From NCBI GenBank assembly GCA_964602275.1, contig CAZRQF010000001.1, forward strand, positions 1 through 48,848: DNA of 48,848 bases, read 5' to 3'. Below, one piece after another: positions 38,284-45,636 of the stretch (the stretch's first letter is position 1; each line of letters begins with the position of its first letter). The DNA is from an uncultured Eubacteriales bacterium (lineage in GTDB: Bacteria; Bacillota; Clostridia; TANB77; UBA1234). A program made the position numbers and the translations under genes. Below the pieces are notes generated by a model. The model was not told the DNA's origin. It was given only the letters and a program-made list of their open reading frames with translations, and made no database searches.

Positions 38284-39171
38284 ATGGGTGTAAGTATGGA
38301 AGTTTTTTTAAAAGAATTTAGACTTTTAACACAAGATAGGGAAGACAGTATTTGTAATGATAACACTATGGTTAATAGAATGGTTTTCAACAATTGTTAT
38401 CCTTTACGAATTTTTTGCAACAAGAAATTTGAAAGAATACAATTTGAACCAATTACAATTTTTTATGGCGGAAATGGTTCAGGGAAGACGACATTACTAA
38501 ATATGATTGCAGATAAAATACACGCACAAAGGAGAAACAAAGATAACAAGGGAATTTTGTTTGACTTATATGTTAAAAATACATATGCTGTTATGCGAAA
38601 GACAGACTTAGAAAATAAAGAATATATTTCAAGTGACGATGTTTTTGACTATTTGTTAGATGTTAGAGCGATAAATTCCGGAGTGAATAGAAGAAAACAG
38701 GAATTAGTAGATGAATATTTAAAGTATAAGTATAGTAAGGAGATTATAAGAAATCCGTTAAAAGATTATGAAAAACTATCAAAAATAAATTCTGCTAGAT
38801 CAAATTCGAATAGGCAATATATGAGAAAACAATTGCGAAATAATAATATAATTCAATTTTCGAATGGCGAATCTGCACTTGATTTTTGGCAAGATAAAAT
38901 AGAAAAAAATGGCGTGTATATATTAGATGAACCTGAAAACAGTTTAGCTGCAGATAATGTACTAAAATTAAAAAAATTCATTGAAGATTCTGCAAGGTTT
39001 TATAATTGCCAATTTATAATTTCAACGCATTCGCCTTTTTTGCTAGCACTTCAAGAGGCTAAAATATATGATTTAGATACAAATCCTGTTGTGGCAAGAC
39101 CTTGGTATGAGCTAGAGAATATGAAAGTGTATTATCAATTTTTTAAAGAAAATGAAAAGATGTTTTTGTAA
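38284..39171 (+). CDS. soluble ABC-type (COG3910/AAA_21-like) ATPase with helical insertion
   Basis: Walker A GGNGSGKTTLL, signature-like FSNGESAL, Walker B VYILDEPENSL and H-loop ISTHSPFLL. A charged, helical-looking insert of about 110 aa lies between Walker A and the signature. There is no TM or nuclease domain. ATG 38296 is an alternative start. Confidence 0.75.
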   Translation: MGVSMEVFLKEFRLLTQDREDSICNDNTMVNRMVFNNCYPLRIFCNKKFERIQFEPITIFYGGNGSGKTTLLNMIADKIHAQRRNKDNKGILFDLYVKNTYAVMRKTDLENKEYISSDDVFDYLLDVRAINSGVNRRKQELVDEYLKYKYSKEIIRNPLKDYEKLSKINSARSNSNRQYMRKQLRNNNIIQFSNGESALDFWQDKIEKNGVYILDEPENSLAADNVLKLKKFIEDSARFYNCQFIISTHSPFLLALQEAKIYDLDTNPVVARPWYELENMKVYYQFFKENEKMFL

Positions 39172-39267
39172 AAAGAATAAACAAATGAATTAGTGATAGC
39201 GAAAATTCAATATATATTTTGCTAATATTTTATGATAAAAAACTAATGATAATGGAGGATACTGTCT

Positions 39268-40269
39268 ATGGAATTGTACGAGAAAAATGGAAACATATTA
39301 TACATATTAAATGTGTTAAAAAAATATAGTGATGAAGAACATATGCTTTCAACTATCGAGATACAAAGAAAAGTGAAAGAAATATATGATGTAGAAATTG
39401 ATCCTAGAACTATTAGAAGAAATATAAATCTATTAAAATATAAATTGAATTACGATATAAGTACGAGAGATGATAACGGTAAGGGATATTATATAAATAG
39501 AGATCCAGAAACTGATTTTGAGCCTGGAGAAGTGCGAGCTATAATTGATAATTTTAGTTATGCTAATTACATAGTACCAACTATTGCAAAAAATATAATA
39601 AAAAAGTGTAAAAACATACAAACAGTTTATGAAAATGAAAAGATAAAAGATTATCAAATATATGCAAATAATTCAAAGACAGAAAATGTTGAGGTTATAA
39701 AAAATATCGAAGATATTTCAAATGCTATCTATATGCATAAGAAAATACAATTTGAATATTGGAAATATGCAATAGTAGAGGATAAAATAGAAAAGAAAAT
39801 TATAAATACACCAATAGTTTCTCCTTATGCGATAGTTTATAAAAAGCAAGAATTTTATATGATAGCAATAAAAGAAGGAAATAAAGAGTTTTATAATTAC
39901 AGAATAGATAGAATAAAAAATATCAGTATATTAAATGAAAATATAACGATTAAGAAAAAGAAACATGAAATTCAAGAGTTTGCTGAGTCTTCAACAGAAA
40001 TGTTTGGAGGTCCAAAAGAAGAGATAGAAGTAATATGTCATGTGTTGTTATTAGATACAATTATAGAAACATTTGGTAGAAATGTTTCTATAAGCAAAAT
40101 ACCAAATGATGATGAATATTTTAGATTAACTGTAAATACAAGCATTCTAGGTTTTAAAATGTGGGCTATGAGAAATATAGACTTGGTAGAGGTAAAAAAG
40201 CCTATTTCACTACGACAAGAAATGAAAAAGATTGTAGAAGAAGCTACAAAAAAATATTGCGAAAAATAG
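39268..40269 (+). CDS. HTH-WYL-WCX transcriptional regulator (CapW/BrxR-like architecture)
   Basis: N-terminal winged HTH (ILYILNVLKKYSDEEHMLSTIEIQRKV...RTIRRNINLL), a central WYL-type beta domain (IQFEYWKY...SPYAIVYKKQEFYMIAIKE..FYNYRIDRIKNISIL) and a C-terminal extension. GGAGG RBS. Confidence 0.75.
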   Translation: MELYEKNGNILYILNVLKKYSDEEHMLSTIEIQRKVKEIYDVEIDPRTIRRNINLLKYKLNYDISTRDDNGKGYYINRDPETDFEPGEVRAIIDNFSYANYIVPTIAKNIIKKCKNIQTVYENEKIKDYQIYANNSKTENVEVIKNIEDISNAIYMHKKIQFEYWKYAIVEDKIEKKIINTPIVSPYAIVYKKQEFYMIAIKEGNKEFYNYRIDRIKNISILNENITIKKKKHEIQEFAESSTEMFGGPKEEIEVICHVLLLDTIIETFGRNVSISKIPNDDEYFRLTVNTSILGFKMWAMRNIDLVEVKKPISLRQEMKKIVEEATKKYCEK

Positions 40270-40290
40270 ATATTAAGTTGTATGAATAAG

Positions 40291-40305
40291 CATTGCGTGA
40301 CCAAC
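40291..40305. repeat. 15-nt motif CATTGCGTGACCAAC, copy 2
   Basis: Identical to 38189-38203. It lies 4 nt upstream of TTTAAA (40310-40315); an extended -10 TGTATAAT is at 40331-40338. Confidence 0.85.
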
Positions 40306-40312
40306 GATATTT

Positions 40313-40360
40313 AAATCTTCGTTATTATAATGTATAATTACATTAAAGTAACGAAGATTT
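40313..40360 (+). promoter_or_regulatory. long hairpin (terminator-like) enclosing -10-like elements
   Basis: Outer 12-bp stem aaatcttcgtta (40313-40324) with taacgaagattt (40349-40360). Inner 7-bp stem taatgta with tacatta. The 3' end runs into TTTTT. TATAAT sequences lie in the interior at 40326 and 40333. Confidence 0.55.
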
Positions 40361-40383
40361 TTATATGAAAGGAGAAAAACAAG

Positions 40384-41010
40384 ATGCTATTAAATATACT
40401 TCCAAATGCAGAATTATCAATTGATTTGAATAAAAAGCTTAGAGGCTATTTGCTAAGTTTAAAAATCAAAAATAAATATTTTAATTATGATGCGTATTCA
40501 AAAATTTACTATGAAAATATAATTTCTATAATTGAGAATATTGAAAACATGATATTTAGTAAATACAAATCTATTTATGATGTTTGCATAAACAAAATAA
40601 AATTTTCTTTTGACTCAAACGAAACCTTAATTAGAATTTGTATAAACATTAGTGATGAGCAACAATATTCTGTAATATTAAATAGAGATAATGTTATAGT
40701 ATTGTATAATTATTTAGTAAACTATATTAAAACATTTAATAAAATTCAAAATTTTGATTTTAATAAAAAGTTTGTTTATGTTGAAGTAAGATATTGTGAT
40801 GTATATAGTTCAAAATTTTATTCTTATATATCTGAAAATAAAAATATAAAGCCTTGGGATATAGTTTATGTAGATAGAGCGGGTACAAAATGTTTAGCGG
40901 TTGTTGTGAATAAGTCAGAATATTATTACGAGAAAGTGCCGTATCCCGTTTTAGAAACAAAAAGAGTTATAAAAATAGTGACAAGGTCACAAGAGTACAA
41001 AAATGTATGA
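40384..41010 (+). CDS. hypothetical protein (208 aa), unknown family
   Basis: Good RBS (AAAGGAG). The C-terminal ~70 aa (FVYVEVRY...YSYISENKNIKPWDIVYVDRAGTKCLAVVV...YPVLETKRVIKIV) resemble a small beta-barrel seen in PSP1/DUF5839-like proteins, from memory only. The last 13 codons lie in the 67-bp repeat. Confidence 0.6.
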   Translation: MLLNILPNAELSIDLNKKLRGYLLSLKIKNKYFNYDAYSKIYYENIISIIENIENMIFSKYKSIYDVCINKIKFSFDSNETLIRICINISDEQQYSVILNRDNVIVLYNYLVNYIKTFNKIQNFDFNKKFVYVEVRYCDVYSSKFYSYISENKNIKPWDIVYVDRAGTKCLAVVVNKSEYYYEKVPYPVLETKRVIKIVTRSQEYKNV

Positions 41011-41033
41011 AATTAATTCATACATTTTTGTAT
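40967..41033. repeat. 67-bp direct repeat, left copy (3' end of gene 40384 + hairpin)
   Basis: 64/67 identical to 44346-44412 by hand alignment (mismatches at 40983, 41022 and 41030). It contains a 14-bp-stem hairpin, caaaaatgtatgaa (40998-41011) with ttcatacatttttg (41017-41030). Confidence 0.9.
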
Positions 41034-41237
41034 TATATGGTATTTTTTATAAGGCAAAAATTAAATCGTTGGCTTTCAGATAAGCTGTTAAAATCAGATT
41101 GCAATACTAAAGCACTCGATAGAAAAAATGCAAACCAAACATTATGTAAATTTATAAAAAACTTGGATGTTTGCTGGATTTTGTCGTTATGCTATGATAA
41201 TATAGTGTTCAGAGAAATTAGAATGAGAGGTAAAATT

Positions 41238-42140
41238 ATGAAAAGCAAAGAAAAAGTCAGACCATTTGTAAAATGGGCTGGTGGCAAAGGAAGCTTAATT
41301 CCTCAGATTACGAAATATTATCCAGAAGATTTGAAAACAGGTATTATAGAAAAATATATTGAGCCATTTGTTGGTGGTGGTGCTGTGTTAATAGATATAC
41401 TACAAAAATATGATGTTAAAGAAGTGTATGCATACGATACAAATAGAGATTTAATAAATGCATATAATGTTATAAAGACGGATGTTGATGATTTAATAAA
41501 TAAATTAAAAAAGTATGAGGATGAGTATATTTCTTTAGAAACGGAAGAAAGAAAAAAATACTATTATAATGTTAGAAGTGAATATAATTCATCTGAGATA
41601 AAAGAGGGGAAAATATCAACAAAGCGTGCTGCAGAGTTTATATTTTTAAACAGGACATGCTTTAATGGATTATATAGAGTTAATCAAAGTGGAGATTTTA
41701 ATGTGCCAATGGGTAAATATAAAAATCCAACTATTTGTGATAAAAAAAATCTTGAAGCTTTATCAAAATTAATTAAAAATGTCAATTTTATTTGTGAAGA
41801 TTATCTAACTACAGAAGCAATAGTAGATAAAAATACTTTTGTATATTTTGATCCACCATATAGACCATTAAGTGTTACTTCTGGATTTACTTCATATACA
41901 AAAGATGATTTTGACGATGAAGACCAGAGGCGATTAGCATCATATTTTAGAACTTTAGATACAAAAGATGCTAAATTAATGTTAAGTAATTCAAATCCTA
42001 AAAATGTTAATGAAGAGGATACATTCTTTGATGACATTTATAATGGATTTAATATAAACGAATTACAAGCAAATAGAATGATAAATGCTAAAGCTGATAA
42101 AAGAGGAAAAATATCAGAATTATTAATAATAAATTATTAG
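41238..42140 (+). CDS. dpnM: Dam-like N6-adenine DNA methyltransferase (DpnM-type, GATC)
   Basis: D12-class motifs VKWAGGKGSL, EPFVGGGAV and FVYFDPPYRPL. ATG 41238 follows GAGAGG. The track ORF start at 41007 is an upstream extension running through the repeat. Confidence 0.88.
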   Translation: MKSKEKVRPFVKWAGGKGSLIPQITKYYPEDLKTGIIEKYIEPFVGGGAVLIDILQKYDVKEVYAYDTNRDLINAYNVIKTDVDDLINKLKKYEDEYISLETEERKKYYYNVRSEYNSSEIKEGKISTKRAAEFIFLNRTCFNGLYRVNQSGDFNVPMGKYKNPTICDKKNLEALSKLIKNVNFICEDYLTTEAIVDKNTFVYFDPPYRPLSVTSGFTSYTKDDFDDEDQRRLASYFRTLDTKDAKLMLSNSNPKNVNEEDTFFDDIYNGFNINELQANRMINAKADKRGKISELLIINY

Positions 42141-42148
42141 GAGAAATA

Positions 42149-42931
42149 ATGTACAAAGGAAATTATTATTATGATGAAAAAGACTTTAAGTTAATAAATG
42201 ACGATATTTTTGAGGCTACAAAACATATGCAAGAAAAAACATTTGATATGATATTTGCAGATCCACCATACTTTTTATCTAATGATGGAATTACATGTAG
42301 CGGTGGAAAGATGGTTAGCGTAAATAAAGGCGATTGGGATAAAGAATTATCACTTCAAGAAAAACACAAATTTAATCGTAAATGGATAAAAGAATGTTAT
42401 AGATTATTAAAAGATGAGGGGACGATTTGGGTAAGTGGAACATTGCATAATATTTACTCTATAGGAATGGCTTTAGAAGAAGAAGGATTTAAAATTATAA
42501 ACAATATAACATGGCAAAAAACAAATCCGCCTCCAAATCTTTCTTGTAAAACTTTTACTCATTCAACTGAAACTGTATTGTGGGCTAGAAAAGATATAAA
42601 AAATGTGAAGTATAAATTTAATTATAAGCTAATGAAACAACTTAATAATAATAAGCAGATGAAAGATGTATGGACAACAAGCTTAACTAAGCCATCTGAA
42701 AAGAGGTTTGGAAAGCATCCAACACAAAAACCATTAGAACTATTAGAAAAAGTTATATTAGCTTCAACAAATGAGAATGACTTAATATTAGATCCTTTTA
42801 GCGGAAGTGGAACAACAGGTATTGCGGCTAAAATGTTACATAGAAATTATATAGGTATAGATAAAGAAAAAGAATATTTAGATATATCGATAAAAAGATA
42901 TATGAATGTATCTGGAGGTTTATATGAGTAA
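42149..42931 (+). CDS. dpnA: beta-class N6/N4 DNA methyltransferase (DpnA-type)
   Basis: N-terminal FADPPYF and C-terminal DPFSGSGTTG (N6_N4_Mtase order). It is the second methylase of a DpnII-type cassette. Confidence 0.88.
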   Translation: MYKGNYYYDEKDFKLINDDIFEATKHMQEKTFDMIFADPPYFLSNDGITCSGGKMVSVNKGDWDKELSLQEKHKFNRKWIKECYRLLKDEGTIWVSGTLHNIYSIGMALEEEGFKIINNITWQKTNPPPNLSCKTFTHSTETVLWARKDIKNVKYKFNYKLMKQLNNNKQMKDVWTTSLTKPSEKRFGKHPTQKPLELLEKVILASTNENDLILDPFSGSGTTGIAAKMLHRNYIGIDKEKEYLDISIKRYMNVSGGLYE

Positions 42932-43775
42932 AAGAAATTTTGAGGAATGGTTAGCTAATTTTAGAAGTAGTATAGCAAATTATAAATACTATGTCGATTT
43001 TGACATTGTATATGAAAATGTAGAAAAATTTAAAGTTGAATTGAATATTTTAAATAGCTTAATTGGTTCTAAAACTATCGAGAAAGATTTTATAAAGGTT
43101 ATTACAGAATACCCAAAAACATTGAAATGTGTTCCGTTTTTATTGGCAGTAAGGCAATTGGAAATTTTAGCTCAAGATGAAGATAAGTTATATATATATA
43201 AATTTGGACATATGAATTATGCTCCAGAGCAATATGCGATTTTAATGAGAGAAACAGGATTATTCGAATTACTTGAAAATCATTTAGTTAGTAATCTAAT
43301 AGACTATGCACTGGGCGTTGAAGTTGGGTTAAATTCAAATGGAAGAAAGAACCGTGGCGGACATTTGATGGAAGATTTAGTTGAAACTTTTATAAAAAAG
43401 GCCGGTTTCAAAGAGTATTATAAAGAAATGTATTTGACCGATATAGAAAAGAAGTGGGGAATAGATTTATCTAAAATTTCTGGGGAAGGAACATCAACTA
43501 AAAGATTTGATTTTGTTATAAAGACAGAAAATATGATTTATGGCATAGAAACCAATTTTTATGCTTCTGGTGGTTCAAAATTAAATGAAACAGCAAGAAG
43601 TTACGAGAAAATTGCAAGAGATGCAACTGAAATTGAAGGCTTTAAGTTTGTTTGGATAACAGATGGACAAGGATGGTATACTGCTAAAAGAAATTTGAAG
43701 GAAACATTTGATGTCCTTGATGACTTATATTGCCTAAACGAACTTGAAGATGGCATATTTAAAAAATTAATATAA
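42924..43775 (+). CDS. dpnB: DpnII/MboI-family type II restriction endonuclease (GATC)
   Basis: NFEEWL, NSLIGSK, HLVSNLIDYALGVEVGLNSNGRKNRGG, KRFDFVIK, NFYASGGSKLNETARSY and WITDGQGW match my recollection of pneumococcal DpnII along the full length. ATG 42924 follows GGAGG. Confidence 0.85.
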   Translation: MSKRNFEEWLANFRSSIANYKYYVDFDIVYENVEKFKVELNILNSLIGSKTIEKDFIKVITEYPKTLKCVPFLLAVRQLEILAQDEDKLYIYKFGHMNYAPEQYAILMRETGLFELLENHLVSNLIDYALGVEVGLNSNGRKNRGGHLMEDLVETFIKKAGFKEYYKEMYLTDIEKKWGIDLSKISGEGTSTKRFDFVIKTENMIYGIETNFYASGGSKLNETARSYEKIARDATEIEGFKFVWITDGQGWYTAKRNLKETFDVLDDLYCLNELEDGIFKKLI

Positions 43776-43814
43776 AACCATATAGAAAAATTTTCTAAAG
43801 ACAGGTGAATATAA

Positions 43815-44351
43815 ATGAAATATTTAGTAATATCAGATATACATGGTTCTCAATATTATGCTAATAAAATAAATGAAATATATCAAAAAGAAAATCCTGA
43901 TAAAATAATTCTTTTGGGAGATTTATATTATCATGGACCAAGAAATTCATTGCCGAAGGAATATAATCCGATGGAAGTAGCGAAAATATTGAACGGTTTA
44001 AAAGAAAATATTTTATGTGTAAAAGGAAATTGTGATGCTGAAGTTGATGAAATGATTTCAGAATTTGATTTTAATGATAATATATGTATGAATATTAAAG
44101 GGTTAGAGTTTTTATTTACACATGGACATAAATACAACCTTGATAATACACCAGAAAATGTAGATGTTTTGGTGTATGGACATTTACATACAGGATTTAT
44201 AAAAGAAAAAGATGGAGTTATATATGTTAATGCAGGTTCAATTTCATTACCTAAAAATGGTACAAAAAACAGTTATTTAATAATAGATGAAAATAAAATC
44301 ATTTTAAAAGATATAGATGGAAATATATTAGATGAAAAAGTGTTTTTATAA
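43815..44351 (+). CDS. YfcE/YsnB-like metallophosphoesterase (calcineurin-like)
   Basis: MPP motifs ISDIHGS, LGDLYYHGPRN, GNCD, THGH and GHLH. Confidence 0.8.
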   Translation: MKYLVISDIHGSQYYANKINEIYQKENPDKIILLGDLYYHGPRNSLPKEYNPMEVAKILNGLKENILCVKGNCDAEVDEMISEFDFNDNICMNIKGLEFLFTHGHKYNLDNTPENVDVLVYGHLHTGFIKEKDGVIYVNAGSISLPKNGTKNSYLIIDENKIILKDIDGNILDEKVFL

Positions 44352-44412
44352 AAATAGTGACGAGGTCACAAGAGTACAAAAATGTATGAAATTAATTCAT
44401 GCATTTTTTTAT
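44346..44412. repeat. 67-bp direct repeat, right copy
   Basis: It retains an orphan KIVTRSQEYKNV* coding tail and the hairpin, here followed by a T7 run (44404-44410). It overlaps the stop of the phosphoesterase gene. Confidence 0.9.
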
Positions 44413-44426
44413 CGCATACAACTTAA

Positions 44427-44466
44427 TTTTACATGTTTCAAAAATTATGGTATACTTAGTGTTCAA
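44427..44466 (+). promoter_or_regulatory. promoter (TTTACA-17-TATACT with TG), copy A of a duplicated promoter-like segment
   Basis: TTTACA at 44428-44433 and TGgTATACT with TATACT at 44451-44456. 33/40 identical to 46438-46477, including the downstream AGTGTTC. Confidence 0.6.
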
Positions 44467-44522
44467 TAGTTGGGAATAAGTATATTATTATTTTACAGTT
44501 TATAAGAAAGGGGATTTTGGTT

Positions 44523-45047
44523 ATGAGCAAAGTAGTTCTTTATAGAAGTAAATATGGTGCAACCAAAACTTATGCAGAATGGATTGGAAGTGAGCTTGGA
44601 TGCGAAGCACTTGATGCAAAAAGTGTGAAAATAGATGATATATTAAAATATGATACCATAATTTATGGTGGCGGTTTGTATGCTGAAACAATAAACGGTG
44701 TCATTTTACTTACCAAAAATATGGATAAATTAAAAGATAAAAAACTTATTGTTTATACTACAGGTATCACACCGCTTAATTGCCGTGAATATTATGATAA
44801 GCTTGTATTGGATAAAAACTTTACATCTGAAATGTTAGAACAAATAAAAGTATATAACTTTATGGGGAAAATGATATTAGATGAACTTTCATTTGTACAT
44901 AGGTCAGCTTTGAAAACTTTAAAACAACTTATGCAGGGAAAGAAAAATCCAACAGAAATGGAAAAACTTTTGATAGAACTTTGCGATGCAAATGGTGATT
45001 TTACAGATAAAGGTGCAATAAAAGACTTAGTTGAATATGCTAAGTAA
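44523..45047 (+). CDS. flavodoxin-domain protein (HemG/Flavodoxin_5-like)
   Basis: VVLYRSKYGATKTYAEWI and IIYGGGLYA patterns. ATG 44523 follows AAAGGGGA. Confidence 0.7.
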   Translation: MSKVVLYRSKYGATKTYAEWIGSELGCEALDAKSVKIDDILKYDTIIYGGGLYAETINGVILLTKNMDKLKDKKLIVYTTGITPLNCREYYDKLVLDKNFTSEMLEQIKVYNFMGKMILDELSFVHRSALKTLKQLMQGKKNPTEMEKLLIELCDANGDFTDKGAIKDLVEYAK

Positions 45048-45074
45048 TCAAAAGTAAAATTTTTAAGGTGTTTT

Positions 45075-45265
45075 ATGTCCGACGCAAAAGTATCAAAAAT
45101 AATTTTCCAAGAATATGTTGAGAATTATTTGAAGTTATAGACATGCTTGCAGAAGACGAAAGAAATAAGATATCAAAAGATTTAATTGAAAATATAAAAT
45201 CAAATATGGATGAGGGGTATCATTTTAAAATTGACAAAATAAGTCTTTGCTTGAAAATGATATAA
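45075..45265 (+). pseudogene. possible frameshifted remnant of a small gene
   Basis: A 21-codon ORF preceded by an RBS (MSDAKVSKIIFQEYVENYLKL*) is continued in another frame by ELFEVIDMLAEDERNKISKDLIENIKSNMDEGYHFKIDK.... I recognise no family. Confidence 0.3.
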
Positions 45266-45286
45266 ATCAAGTAAAAGATGTAATAG

Positions 45287-45568
45287 ATGGTAAGGCCGTA
45301 CTTGGAGATAGAAAAGTTTATGTTAAAAATGATAGATGAAACAGTAAGTGACTTATTATTAAGTGCTACACAAGAAACTGCACAAGAAACTACACAAGAA
45401 AAACTTATTTCATTAATAAAAGAAAATCCTAATATAACGCAAGAACAATTGGCTGTAAAGCTGGGACTTACAAGAGATGGTGTATCGTATAATATAAAGA
45501 AATTGAGAGAACAAGGGAAAATTGATAGAATAGGTTCAACAAAAAGTGGAATTTGGATAATTAAATAA
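45287..45568 (+). CDS. winged-helix DNA-binding protein resembling the detached C-terminus of AlbA_2/Schlafen-type 'RecG-like' regulators
   Basis: A TQETAQETTQE linker repeat is followed by LISLIKENPNITQEQLAVKLGLTRDGVSYNIKKLREQGKIDRIGSTKSGIWII. The ATP-binding and AlbA_2 domains normally found upstream are absent. Confidence 0.55.
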   Translation: MVRPYLEIEKFMLKMIDETVSDLLLSATQETAQETTQEKLISLIKENPNITQEQLAVKLGLTRDGVSYNIKKLREQGKIDRIGSTKSGIWIIK

Positions 45569-45578
45569 AATTAAGTTT

Positions 45579-45613
45579 AAGGGTTAGATTTTTTAGTATC
45601 TAGCCCTTTTTTT
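45579..45613. terminator. bidirectional terminator between convergent genes
   Basis: aagggttaga (45579-45588) pairs with tctagccctt (45599-45608, one G-U pair), followed by a T-run. Confidence 0.7.
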
Positions 45614-45636
45614 GCATTTTAAAAATTAAAGTTCTT

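Noticed and set aside
41007-41237. 77-codon upstream extension of the Dam-like methyltransferase ORF
   Set aside because: It starts inside the stop and hairpin of gene 40384 and the 67-bp repeat, and has no RBS. Its sequence looks like translated AT-rich spacer. The conserved Dam N-terminus (VRPFVKWAGGKG) follows ATG 41238, which has a GAGAGG RBS.
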